NCBI GenBank assembly: GCA_013265495.1
Contig: MU058009.1
Span: 2,730,001-2,794,000, forward strand
Length of the DNA stretch: 64,000 bases
Direction: 5' to 3'
DNA from: Vicugna vicugna
Lineage: Eukaryota
The translations under genes were made by a program, and so were the position numbers. The notes under the pieces are model-generated. The model was not told the DNA's origin. It worked only from the letters and a program-made list of their open reading frames with translations, and searched no databases. Positions 24,555 through 37,743 of the stretch are shown piece by piece (the stretch's first letter is position 1; the number at the start of each line of letters is the position of its first letter).

Positions 24555-27350
24555 CCCCTGACATTCAGGAACTGGCCTGACACTGACACTGAGGAGTGGG
24601 CCTGGTGTTCACAGCTAGGCTCTGGTGTTTTCTGCTGGACATACAATTTCAGAGAACACCAACATCAGACTCAGTCACACTGGTCTCAAACACATAGTTT
24701 TTTTTTTCAAGCACAAGTACAGGGAGATCACTGTGCAACACAACAATACGAAACCTCCTCTCTAAAGGAAGTAACTGCTGCTTTAGGTTCACTTTGGTCT
24801 GCATTCCTAGATATTTGTTAAGATCCTATGTAAGAGAGTCATCCATGCTTTCTGACATTGCCAGTCCCTGAGCAAACCCCACTTTGTTCTTGGATCATCC
24901 CTAAAAATCACCTAACAAGCCCAAATCTTCTAAAAAGCCCTTTCTAAAACCCTCTTACTGAGAAGCTCTAAAGACCCCATGGTGCGTACTCTCCACGCTG
25001 CAGGTGAGTACAGGTGTGTCTCTGGTAACAGGGCATCAGCAGCAAGAAGGACTCATCGAGATTCCGCTGAAGTTCTCAGTGCTTGGCACTGGGACCCTGG
25101 ATAACAGAGTGCACACCTAAAATTTCTTTTGAGGTAAAACCTGCCTTTGGCTGGGAGGTAAGTTCACGCTGAACTGAGCTCAAACATTTCACTGAAGCCC
25201 TTCAGTGCTGGGTTTATCTTGTTTTCCTAGAAAGTATTCCCTATTCTGCTTGGGGACTATTTTAGTTGTCCAACTGGACTTGTCATTGCTCCCTTATGAT
25301 ACTGCTTTCTGGCCTACTAGGATCTGTCCATCTGCTCCTAGGATCTGTCTGTCCAGTGTTGACTCTTATCTACAAGAGGAATATACCATAATGAGAGGAC
25401 AGACAGAGACCTGATTAGTCCATCTGAACTGACCCCAGAAGTTGAGTTCAGAAGATCTATGTCTGGTAATAACATTTCAAAACTTTATAAGGTATGACAT
25501 ATATGAACCTTGAACATATTAAGGAAAATGACAGAAGTCAGTCAGAAAAGACTACATATTGCATGATCCCATTTCTATGAAACACCCAGAACAGGCTAAT
25601 CTATACAGACAGTGTATTAGTTGCATCAGTTGCCTTGGACTTGGGGTGGGACTAGGAGAGGGTCACTGCTAAGGGACACAGGGTTTCTTTTTGGGGTGAT
25701 GAAAATGTTATAAACTTGGGGATAATTACAAAACTCTGTGAATATACTAAAAACCACAACAGTATACATATCATAAAATTCACCCATTTCAAGTGTAAGT
25801 TATATTTCAATGAAGATGACTTGACTTCAACTGTCTTTGTGTCCTGAGAACTGCTCTGCTTAGTTTCACACGCCCAGAACCAGGAGGTTTTGTCTGGTGC
25901 CCTGACCAATGACCACTGGCCTCTATAAGTGGAAATAAAGCCACACGAATGTTGTCTTATGCACTGCTGCAGCTCTTGTGGGCTGTCTCCATCTAACATG
26001 ACACCTCTGCCCGGCCAACACCTGCTTCCTTCAGGTTTTCTCACTGGAACACTGACTCGTCACACTTCTCCCTCAATTGACTCGATTTCAACAAGGACAA
26101 TCTGGAGTTGGAAGTGGCCATTTTGGGAGGGGCTCATGACATGAACAAGACTGTTCATCTGAGGTGCATCAACACTGTACCAACAGTGGAGTGGGGACTT
26201 TAAGAGTATTCCCATGGATGTTTCGGTGTATGGCCTTCCTGGCAATGACATGACCTTAATAAGACAAGGATAGGAACTAAGCATTGAGATGTATCTTTAA
26301 ATACCTCCAAATGAGCTATGAGTTTGTTCAATTACTGTTTATTTTTAGGGTAGACTGAGGCTTCCTCATGCTAAAGAGCTATGCTGTAATGGTAGAAGAA
26401 AAATTACTAAATCCTGTATTCCTGACAGGGGAAATCCCAACTATTTCTCTAGTAACAGGACCACACGTTACACTGACGTGGTTATTAAAGAACTCCATAA
26501 GCGTTATCTTTTACTCAAGACTATCCACTGTCCTTATCATCCACAAACTTCAAGAAAAATAAAGAGAACAAATGGAATTCTAAAACTGTATTTATCACAG
26601 CTCTCAAAAACTCTCAAACTTCTACAGTCCGAACCACTGCCATGAACCCTGATGGTGGTGAGATTATCCTCTCTGGGACCCACAAGTTGATTCCTTACGG
26701 GTTAATAGCCTGCCTTTTTCAAGTGGGAATTATAGTTTAAATCTTAGGTTCTACCCTATTACCAGCTGACACAACTGAACACTACAATGATGCCTCCAGG
26801 TTTATCACAAAAAGATATGAGCTTATGAATGCCTCAAAATCTGGAGTTTTGGTCTCCTGAAAAAGATGCCACCAGAGAAAACCTTCCACTAATATCAACC
26901 GACTCAGCAGTTACACCTGAGATGTTGTTCGTTGGATACATGTTTCCCAACTTAAAAGACACGTATCACAGCCTTCTGACTACTGTATATGCGTTCGTTC
27001 TAAGGGATCCTCCAGAAGATACCGAGTTAAAAAATGGACAGCTCCTACTAAGATGACAAAATCAGATTAATTTTCTGATTCTTCAGTATTCTTTTCTTTA
27101 TTATCACCTATTAAAACCAATATGATCTTTCATCTTCATCCTATTGTTTTTGACCCCTCTAAGATCTCTTAGCCACTTAAGGAAAAATAAAACTCTTGTT
27201 TTTTTCCTAGACCACAGCTACTAATCTGAGTATAACAGATTGCTGGATCTATTATCCTGCATCTGACCCAGCTAACAAAAGTTTAATAACTTCCTTTAAA
27301 CATGTCAGAAGGTAGACTCCCTTTTACAGGCCCTTCATATATCGTATCTT
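24555..27350 (+). mobile_element. Decayed endogenous retrovirus: MER77/MER68/MER21-like LTR (about 24555-25040) plus integrase and env remnants
   Basis: LTR-like cagctaggctctggtgtt...acagaacaccaacatcagac-type segments. Integrase remnants KLLNPVFLTGEIPTISLVTGPHVT, HCPYHPQTSRKIKRTNGILKL (26526-26588) and HKLIPYGLIA. Env-like NLSITDCWIY at 27223-27252. Confidence 0.72.
25490..25812 (+). mobile_element. L1MB/MC 3'-end fragment inserted in the ERV
   Basis: gaaccttgaacat...agtcagtcagaaaagactacatattgcatgatcccatt...ggggtgatgaaaatgtt. Confidence 0.7.
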
Positions 27351-27359
27351 AGCCCTCAG

Positions 27360-27736
27360 TCATAAAGAAGGTGTCTCTGCAAATGTAATCAAGTTAGATG
27401 AGGTCATCCTCGAGCAGAGTGGGCCACTGTCCAATAATTGGTGTCCTGAGGAGGGAGGTTTGGAGCTGGAGACACAGGGAAGGCCCCGTAACAATGGAGG
27501 TAGAAACGGGAGAGACGCAGCGACAAGCTGAGGACCGTCAGGGAGTGTTAGCAGCTGAAAGGAGCAAGGAAAGAGCAAAGAAAGATCCTTCCCTACATCC
27601 TTCAGAGGGAGCATGGCCCTACCAACACCATCATTTCAGATTTTTGGCCTTCTGAACTATGAGAGAATAAATTTCTGTCATTTTAAATCACCCAGTTTGT
27701 GGTATGTTGTTGTGGCAGCACTGGGAAACTCACACA
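27360..27736 (+). mobile_element. MLT1 (MaLR) LTR, 5'-truncated
   Basis: gtctctgcaaatgtaatcaagttagatgaggtcat...gaactatgagagaataaatttctg...gcactgggaaactcacaca. Confidence 0.8.
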
Positions 27737-29775
27737 GTGGACCGAAATTCAAGAAATTAATGAAGTTAATATGGCCCTCCTGGTCCTCCAATCTTTTGGA
27801 GAAATCCTCTTTATTAATCTTTGTTAGTTTTTCTTCCCTCCCTGATTATAGTTATTTCTCAAGGATTTGGTTCCGGCTCTTATGTATGCATCTTCCTGTT
27901 GAGAGTCAATCCGTCACTGCTAAAAGAAAAGCCCCAAACTGGTCATCTCCAGTCTTGATCTCACTCACCCAGTCTTTTCAACTACTCTGTGGCATGATGT
28001 TGCCTGGTTATCACCCGAGCATGGTTCACACAGAACTGACTTTGCTGACATACTCTTAAAGCTGGGCTTCCACTTCCTCCCATTGATTTTCATATTGTAG
28101 TTACTGCATTTTATAGATTTCTATCTATTATATGATTACCAATTTTTTGAGTACCATTATGAAAGAAAAAGTAACTGTAAAGATTAATTGTAAGACACAT
28201 CTGAATTCAGAGATAATAAAACATGAAAAACTATGACTTAGAATCAATGAATATAATAAAATGTTATCACTGTTTTCCTAGTCATCCAGGGTACCTCGGC
28301 CCCTCCTATTCCCTCAATACACATATTCAGTATCATCATGATTCCTCCTTTATAAAGTCTCTTAATATCTACTTTCTGTACAGTTTTACTCTAAGCATTT
28401 TCATTCAGACAACTGTATTGTACGTGGTTTTTGGACTGTCTCTTCTCTGCCAACTCCCTTGCATACCAGTATCAAATTAATTTCCCTAAAATATCTGTAA
28501 ATGTTTTGTATTTTTATTCCCATCAAGGTAGACTCCTTATTAGCACTGGGATAAAATCCAAGCTTACCTGGCCTAGCTGTGCAGACACTGCCAGCTGCAT
28601 GCAACATCCATTCTCCTCAAATTCTGCTTAAGGCAGTTACGTACTCAACTAGTACACATATATCCTGGGATCCCCTTGCAGCTGGGAAAAACCACGTGAC
28701 ATCATCTGGCAGAAATTTTTTGGGACTTTGGGGAACATTTGTGCTTTCCTGATACAAGCACTACCCTCTTCTAGAATATGAGACTAAAAATGAAGCACAA
28801 ATCTTACAACCATGAAGAAATAAGCATATGGATGAAACTGACAAACGAAGGAGGGTGGGCTATAAAAATAACAGCATGGCCTAGGCCCCTGCTTATGTTT
28901 TAGAGTCACTGTGCCAGTCCTGGGTTTCCTATTTCTGTACATTTTATGCAATAAAAATAAAACCCTGTTTGGTTTAAGCCACTCTGAAGGGACTGCTATA
29001 TGCAGTTGAATGCAATCCTAACTTAAACTAGCATTCAAAGCTTTTCACAACATGTTCTCAACTGCTCATTTTGTCTTATTTCCCCATTATTTTCCATATT
29101 TGCAGGTTTCCAAGCTTTATTCTTATTATCATGCATTGAATTCACCGCTTTACCAAACATGCAATGCTGGTCCACACCCCTGTGCTTTTATACATTTTCA
29201 AATAAATGTCATTCCCTCACCTGGGAAAACTCCTAGCTATTAAGATCCAGCTCCAATATACAGTGTTAACTAGCTCTTTCCTTTGTGAACCCATAACACT
29301 GTGTCCACACCTCTGGCCGAGCGCTAATCACTGAATCACTGATTTATTCATGTTACCTCAGTTAGACTATTAACTCCTCAGATGCAGGTACTATATATGT
29401 CTTTTTTTAACACAGATTCCCAAGTTTGACACATGGTAAGTTTTCAATAAATATTTTAATAAAGAATAAAACACTAACTGGATTTGTTAAACTGGTACTT
29501 TCTGCATTGAAAGTAGTTCAAAATTCACATACATATAAGAATTGTGCCATCATATGTATATATGTCCCATCAGATAATGTTCAACTATTTCCTTTCTCAA
29601 TGCATACCTTGTTTAAAAAATTATAGTACTAATAGCGTCTTAAAAAATCCAGTTACCATGTTTTATTCTTTTTCATATTTCCTACAGGATCCAGTACAAA
29701 ACTTTTACCTAATAAGCACTTAAAAATGCTTGACTTGACTTTATAGCATCATGGAAAACACAGAAGACACTATAC

Positions 29776-30793
29776 CTATAGAGGAAGACTGCGGACTAAT
29801 CAGAAGGTCCTCTTGGACTTGCTCACTTCCTGGCACTGTCTGCTGATCACTCAGTGAACTCTGAGAGGCACTGACAGGCTGGGATACTTCCTCATGGACC
29901 TCCTCATCACTTAACCTTTCTACTTTGACCCGGACATCTTCCTCAGTACCCAGAGGCAAGGTAGTCTTTGTGCTCTCACAAGTCACATATTCAGCCATTC
30001 TTCTACCTGTCTCAGATGGGCCAGGTAATTCTAAAGTCCGGGTATTTTCTGCTGGCTTAACCTTATCAGGCTGAATCCTTCGATCAATTCCAAAAGGGAA
30101 AGTCCAGGGAAAAGCTAGAGAAGAGTCAACTGGTTGATTTCTATTTTCTGAGTAGGGAGCTGAAGAATTTAATACCTGGGGAGAACTTGTTTGTGTGCTA
30201 CACTTTACAGGACTTTCAGGAGACATCACAATGTAGCTTTTGCGCTTTCTCCGGGATTCTCGGCAGACAGGAATGGTTCTTTCTACCACACTGCACTCTG
30301 AAGACACTGGAGAAATGCTTCCATCTCGAGAAGTAAAATTGCAGTTGGAGTTATTTTCTTGTCCAGCATCTAGACTCTTTTCTGGTTGGCTATTGGGTGT
30401 ATTCCATAAAATGCTTGATTTCATGAACTCTGAGCAGGTGCTAGCAACACTGAACATCTGCATATAGCTGGCTGCAGCTAGAACATCAATGATATTTTCT
30501 GTGTTAATTGACAGAGTGGCTGTGTAAGCATATTCTAAAAGGGGTATAAAGCCAGTCACTGTAACATGATGCAGATCCAACACATTCTTGTTGTCATCCT
30601 CTGCCTGGCCTACAAGTTTGGTGCGAAAGAAGTCACTGCAAGCTGCTAGCACCACCTTATGTGCCCGGAAGACTTTGTCCTGGACGCGGATAGTGATATC
30701 ACAGAAATGGCCATCATTTCGCAGCATATTTAGCTTTCCAAGCATTTCCTGGCTGTGGGAAGAGGAACTATGAGTAAATGTTTTCACACCCAT
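29776..30793 (-). CDS. ZBTB44: ZBTB44 coding exon 2: start codon, BTB/POZ domain and Ser-rich linker (1018 nt coding; exon starts at 30849)
   Basis: MGVKTFTHSSSSHSQEMLGKLNMLRNDGHFCDITIRVQDKVFRAHKVVLAACS is a BTB domain that I recognise as the ZBTB44 N-terminus. ATG context AAGATGG with an in-frame TGA upstream. Acceptor cttttag|GAC at 30849; donor ATAG|gtatag at 29776 (phase 1). Confidence 0.97.
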
Positions 30794-31089
30794 CTTTTCC
30801 TTCCTCTTCTGCAGATGCTCTTCAAGGATGCAAATGAATCAGAGATGTCCTAAAAGACACATAAAACAAGCATTAATTGATGGCTTTGTAGTTGAAATAA
30901 AAGGTGATTTAGATCGTTTTCATGAGGCCACAATGCTAAATAAAAGAGCTGAAAGATGGTAGCGAGAAAGCTCAAGGTAAGAAATATACTAAAATACATT
31001 CCCCACCTGTCCCCTACACTCCAATCAGTGGAGTCTGTGCACTTATGTTTTAATGAGCTGCATAGTTTTAAATAACAGTTTGCAAATAA

Positions 31090-31480
31090 CAACAATTAGA
31101 GAACCATGTGCCAGATGCTGCTCTAAATGCTTCCTATTTGATAATCTGGTTGTCATGATGTCTCAGTACATACATTATTATCCCTGTGTAACAGAAGAGG
31201 GTGAAGCACCTTGCTGAAGTCAGAAAGGCACTAAGCGGCCGAGTCAGGGTTCCACCCAGGCAGGCTGGTCCAAGACCTGGACTCTCAGTCTCAGTGCTTT
31301 ACACTGCCTCTGCTAGGACATAAAATGGATACATATAGGTGGTTAAGAGTTCAAGTTTTAGGATGTGATAAGTCTGCATTCTTCCCTCAACAATTCCTCC
31401 AAAGCTGTTATTCAGGACTAAATGAAATAACACATGTAGAAATGCTCAGCACATTATCTGGCCCTTTGAATGCTCAACAA
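31090..31480. mobile_element. MIR fragments
   Basis: ccatgtgccagatgctgctctaaatgctt...attattatccct...cttgctgaagtcag; aaatgaaataacacatgtagaaatgctcagcac. Confidence 0.5.
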
Positions 31481-32844
31481 GTAAGAGCAGCTATTGTTGA
31501 TCTATTACTAACAGAATAAAACAACCTTTCCGGAAGTAAATTTACAAAACAAATAATGTTTAGTAATCAGCCAAATGATTAGATTTTCCATTAAAAAAAC
31601 CCAAAACATAGTTGGTCTGCCTTTATCAGATTTTACATTTATTGACTAAAAATGTAAAAAACTGACATTCTTAAACACTTTTAATTTAGCAATTCTAATA
31701 ATGCTTTAATTTTTACAGTACTTTCACTCTAATCTATTTTTATACCCTCTATGTGAAGTCAGGGAGGTTTATACTAGCCCCTTGATAGAGATAAGAAAAC
31801 GAATGCTCAGAGAAGTGACTGACAAATGACAACCAAAGCTAGGATCTGGGTCTTCTGACTCTTAGATCACAGTATACTTTTCCAATGCAGAAACAAACTA
31901 CGTACATCAACTATTTCACCCAAGATAAATAACTTTTCTTTTTAAAGAGACTATTAAAATAAATGCAAAACAAAGCAAACTTGGGGGGAATACTTTTTTA
32001 TAAATTATCTCTAGATAAAGGAGATTTCAAATGCCTCAAATATATAGCTACCAGTTAAAAATGGTGTTAAAGATGATGAATATTTAACTGACCTGGAAAA
32101 ATGTTTGGTTCTGAGTATTAAATGAATGTACAATTACTGATATACAGTGAACACTCAGTAGTGGCAGTTATTTTCTAGTGAAAAAATGTGATGAAAGAGT
32201 ATACAGACTATAATCACCTTTGTGAAATATATAAACGTATATGAGGTCTTAACTAGATTCCTGGATTCCCTAAGGGGCCATGATCCTTCTGAAACTACAT
32301 AGAAAAATGGTAGCTTTCATCATATTCAAGGGAATAATTGGTTCAGGAAGGAACATGCCTTCAAGCAAGTGACACTCATAATCCAGGGACCATATGTATG
32401 AACAAAGGTGTGAAGGCAATAAATTCACAGTATGTTTGGAGAACATGTGCAGCAGGGTGTTGAAAACATTTCAATCTTGGTTTGGGTAGAGGCCCCAAAC
32501 AACAGATACTATGTTCCAAAGTGAGGTGCAAGGCCACCTATAGAAGGAGACAGAGGAAAACCTATTTTTCAACCTTGAGTTACACCCACCTTCAATGTTC
32601 AGAGTTACATATGAGAAAGATTTCTGCAGCGAGTGATCAGTCCACTGAGAGTTGCAAACCCTATCCCACTCCCTCCTATCTCCATGTAAGGGAAAGAGGT
32701 TGAGGCAAGTTTGCCTTTTATTTCACTTCTGTGGAAAATGAATCACACTTGAAAAAAATCTAAAGGATACGAGTCTGATTGAAACTCTGGCCAACACTAG
32801 GACGTATGCTTACCGTCTCCCAACACTGTATAAAAGCAAAACCT

Positions 32845-33055
32845 GGAGTGGCTGAGAGGAGACTCTGGAGCCAGAATGCCGGGTGTGTATCCCAGTGCTG
32901 CTCCTTACAGCTGTGGGACCTTAGGCAAGTCACTAAACTACACCTTAATTTCTTCAGCAGTAAGTCAGGGAGAACAGAATACCCCTTCTGAGGACTACCT
33001 GGGCCAACATATGGAAAGTGCTTTCAAAGTACTTAGCACGAAATAAATGCTTCAT
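32845..33055 (+). mobile_element. MIR
   Basis: actctggagccagaatgccgggtgtgtatcccagt...gctgtgggaccttaggcaagtcactaaac. Confidence 0.65.
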
Positions 33056-35009
33056 CAACATCAGGTGGTGCTGCTACCACTGCTAACGAAGACCTTTTCT
33101 TCTTAGTCAACCCCTACCTCTCCCAATCCTGGAGGGGCCAAAAATCACAGTCAGCAAATGAACAGGAATAAAAGGGCAAAGGGGGGAAAAGGGAGAGAAA
33201 AAGGAAGCCAAACAAACCTCATGCTCCACTGCAGACCTGCAGTAGGCCTGAGGTGGTCAAGGAGGGGAACCTTCAACTCTGAATTAAGTTTATTAGTTCT
33301 TGAAAATGTTTCTATTCGTGAAAGTGACCAGAAAAGTTATTAAGACTTGCTTGTCAAGGAAATGGATAAAGCACTAACCCTGTAGAATAAATTTAAAGGG
33401 ACAGCTGAAGACAAAAATAAAATGGATTCTGAGTACCTTCCATAAATCATGTTTATTCAATGTAATGGCTACACATACATGGTACAAAGTCTGATACAGA
33501 TGGAGGTATGGGATGAGAGGAAGACGGAGATTAGACTGGGTAATGCCCTGTATGCCATGTATTTATTACATGAATTTCCCAACACATGTCTGAAAACTCA
33601 GTCTCATGATATACTCTATAATAAAAAATTACATGGACAAATATAATTTGGAAATATTGCAAAAATATACACTATGGCAAAACTGGGGATGAAATTACAT
33701 TATCTGAAAAGTCATACATGAGATGGACAGAAAGCCAGAAGTATACATTGAAATTTTTATAAATTACATAATTCTATTAAAAAAGACCCTCATATCTCTC
33801 TAAATGTGTGTAGATGAGTATGTATGTATAAAGTTTTTATTTAATTTGGAACTTATGAGAAATTCTTGAGTAGGTAAATATTATTTAATTCCAATTAATG
33901 TAGAATTAATGTAGCATTCAAAAGTAATAAAAATGTATTTTGCAATAGTTCGCAATTTGAACTAGTGAGTAATTAAAAAATAGCTTCCTTCCCATTCCTT
34001 TTATTCCAAGTTACTTATGAAACAGTATACATATGTTTATGAAACTGGTTGCTAAACAATTTAAGCAGGAAAAAACCCTATAATTTTGTTTTGCAGTTGG
34101 GTTGAAAAATATTTGCCAAATATGGTATACAGTCCAACTGTTAAAACAGAATGGTTTCAGTGAGATAAATCTTAGGTTTTGAATTCTGACTCTTCCATTT
34201 ACCATTCAGGCATTAAATCTTAAGTCAAGTTACTTCACCTCTCCGTTTCAGTTTTCTCAAATGTAAAACAAGAATGGAAATTACACTTTCAAGACAGTCA
34301 AGAGGACTGAATTAGCACAATTCCTGACATAAACACTGAATAAATGTTAGCTATGATTATTACCTTAGAAAAGTGTGAATAAAATGAAATGGAGACCAAA
34401 TTTCAAAATGCCTACTCTATTTCTTATAGGACACAGAGCACATATTGAATAGGTATATTCTGATATAAAGATAAGCTGATAAAAATTATCAGAGGATTTG
34501 ACCTTAAAATGGAACAGCTCTTAGCATATAAAGTGAGGTGGCTGCCTAAGATGATTAAAGAGAAAGTAATGAGACCGCTAACCTTGAAATTAATTCGGGA
34601 GGATGTGATATTTAATAAGAATTTGCAAATTTAAATATCCAGCCACATCTCAAAACTGGACACTAACTTTCCAAATGATACTAATAAGGTTTTAATTATG
34701 CTAAAACTGAATTGAGATCATTTCATTTCTACCCTACATTCTAATTAAAACGAATCAGGGACAGAAAAGGTTAGGGAGAGGGACATACAAGTTTAAGATG
34801 CTTCTAAGAGGAATATCCAGGTGGAAATTCATATACGAAGTGTCTGTACTAGTTGACTGTGTACAGCAGTAGATGTAACAGTAGGACCTTTAGATATGTT
34901 GTCTCGCATGAGGTAAGATAATAACCTGATTTTATAGAGGAAATTGATACTCGGAATACTGTTTCTTTCAAAGGCACTTATGTTTATGCCAATGCTAAAG
35001 ACCTAGACA

Positions 35010-35580
35010 ACTATGCAATAGGTATGGGTAGCCACTGGGGAGTAGTGTATTTACATCTACATTTTAAAAAGATTATCCTGGTAGCAATATAGAGGGTAGA
35101 CTGGAGGTTGGCTGTTACAATAGTACAAATATATGATAAGACAAAACTGAACTGAGTCAGTGGCAGTGAGGATAGAGAACAGACATCTAAGAAATATTTA
35201 GGAGGTAAAAATGACCTGGGCATGATTTTGTATTGGGGATGGGGTGGGGGAGTAGTTGGGAGAGAAGAATGTAGCCCTAGGTCTCCAACATGGATGGCTG
35301 AAGGGATGGTGTTTTCACCAAACATGACAGAGAGTAAGAGAGGAAGAGCTGGTGTTGGTGGGGGTTAATGATGAATGAAAAGAAATATTTTGGTTTTAGG
35401 CACACTGAATTTGAAATACTTCTGAGAGGAGTATCCCAGTGTAAATTGATATATGACGTTGCCCATCCTGGTCTAGAGTTCAGGGGAGAGGTTAGAGCTG
35501 AACCTAAACACTGGATTTTATGTAAGTCACCGATTAAGCTTCATTCTGTTGAATTTATTAGAGCTGAAGATATCTAAAGA
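35010..35580 (-). mobile_element. L2 fragment
   Basis: aaagattatcctggtagcaata...gaggttggctgttacaatagtacaaat...tttggttttaggcacactgaatttga. Confidence 0.6.
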
Positions 35581-35759
35581 ATGTGTGGGGAGGAGGGGCA
35601 GAAAGGCAGTTGTGAGAAGCTTGGGGCAGGCAGAGAGCAAAAAGATTCAGTGAAAATATTTTATAGCATCTAATTTATATTTTGATTCTGTCCAATATTT
35701 AGCATAATACACACAAAAGAGGCAGTGAAATATGTGAGTGGGTAAATATATGTCATGAA

Positions 35760-36550
35760 ATCACTACCTGGTTTGGCTATAAAAAGTGCCTGTATCTATT
35801 CATTATCAGTGGTTAAAAGGTAAAGTTGCAGTTTGAATTTACAGCCTTGAATTTTTAATTAAAAGCATCAGTATGAATTCATAATGTAGTTAAATTTCAG
35901 CACTGAATATCCCTAGCACCCAGACTGGCTTCCGAATATCATTTCCCATTAAAAGGAATAATGGCTCCTTAGAAAAAAAAGGCTGATTGCTCTTCTGGGG
36001 CAGTAAATGTCCACCTGGAACATCTTACTAGATATGCAAGGAAGTTATCAAAGATTATCAGTGATATGCCAAAACCCAAGTCAATTTGAGGAGGTTCTCA
36101 ATGGCAAAAAATGGGACAAACTGAAACACATGAAATATGTTTAAATTCATGAGTTCCTATGACACTAGAAACAAAAACAAAGCTAATCTGTCACCTTTAA
36201 AGATGCTAATAAACCAAAAAGTTATTTTGAAAACTGGTTTTAAACAGGGGGAAAGAATAAAGCATTTATCCTGCCTTTCCAATACAAATGGTATTTTTGA
36301 GTAATCAAATAGAATATGAAAGAGGTTTCTCTTTATAGAAATATTCCAGCTAATAAATAAAGAAGGAACAGCAGAGTTAGAACACCATTTTTCATGTGCC
36401 TCTCCCCCCGCCCCTTAAGAGGCATTAGTCATCAAGGTTTATGACTTCACAAAAAGAGAGCAATAAGACATTGCAAAAAAGACTGAACAAAAATCTCACC
36501 AAGTTTCTAGATCCAACACCAATTCACAGTAAATACAGAGGTAACAGGAA
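35760..36550 (+). mobile_element. Old L1MC/ME 3'-region fragment
   Basis: ccctagcacccagact, aatggctccttagaaaaa, ggaacatcttactag, ataaagcatttatcctgcctttcc. Confidence 0.55.
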
Positions 36551-37263
36551 TACGTTAAGCCATAATGCTGCCCTGTCTTGTAGACAAGAACTTAGAAGAG
36601 GATTAGCAAGGTGAATGGGCTGCTATTTAAACTTCTGACCCAGGCCAGAGAAAGATGGTTTTGTATCTTCAAATCTGCACATCAAAGAGTAGTAAAGTCC
36701 ACTTGTCACTTAAGATAATCATAAAGGACTGACTGTATCATAGACATAATAGGTCTATTTAGGTAAAAGTCAAGAAAATGTTAAAATGTTCATCTGTGTC
36801 AGAGGAATAAAGCCTGCTAGGGAGAGCTTCAGGGATTAGGCCCATGTCTCCCTGCTGAAAGGCACACAAAACAAGCTAGCTAGGTGTTTTCATCTTTGAA
36901 TTTAAGGCTCAGAATTGTGGGAGGTTACCTTGGAACCATAAGAACTAACTTAATGATGGCAAAGCAAAAAGTTGAGAATTTAGGTCCTTGATGATATCAC
37001 TGAATTGCAGAGTAACTAACTCTGAAGTTGTCTTACTCTAGGATTTTCTTGTTTGAAATAATAAATGTCCTTAGTGTTTGTTACTCGATTCATAGTTTTC
37101 TGATACATAAAATGAATATCCATATACAGATGTCTCACAGGTACTTCAACAAGTCCAAATGAATTCATCATCATTTCTCACAAATGAACTGTTCCTCTTG
37201 AAGTTCTCTGGCCAGCAATACCACCATTCCAATCTACAAAAACTTGGGAGTCACCTTTACTTC

Positions 37264-37743
37264 TATGGTAGACTAAAAAGGTCACTCCCACAAAATGTCC
37301 ATGTCCTAATCCCTGGAATTTGCAAATGGTACTTTTATGGCAAAGACTTTGAAGGTTTGATTAAGTTTCTCAAGATAAGGAGATTTGTCCGGATATTCCT
37401 AAATACAGGTGGTCCCTAAATACAATCTTCAGTATTCCTACAAGAGAGATGTAGAAGATCTTACACACATAACAGAAAAGGTGATGTGAAGACAGGCAGA
37501 AACTGGAGTGAAGTGGCTGCAAGCCACAGAATGCCTGCAGCCACCAGAAACTAGAAGAGGCAAGAAGGGATTCCTGGCCCCCACCAGAGCCTTTGGAGGG
37601 AGGGGGTACCCACAACATCTTGATTTCAATCCAGTGGTACTGACTTCGAAGTTCTGGCTTCCAGAACTGTGAGAGAATAAATGTGTTGTTTATGCTATCC
37701 AGTTTGTGGTAATTTTTTATAACAGCCACAGGAAACGAATACA
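37264..37743 (+). mobile_element. MLT1C/D-type MaLR solo LTR
   Basis: atgtccatgtcctaatccctggaa...ggctgcaagccacagaatgcctgcagccaccagaaactagaagaggcaag...ggaaacgaataca. Confidence 0.85.

Noticed and set aside
25929..27056. Intact retroviral or domesticated ERV gene
   Set aside because: Motifs are scattered over different frames with stops, and catalytic acidic residues and the second env Cys are lost.
30794..30849. N-terminal extension of ZBTB44 from a non-AUG start
   Set aside because: An in-frame TGA ends 45 nt upstream of the ATG within exon 2.
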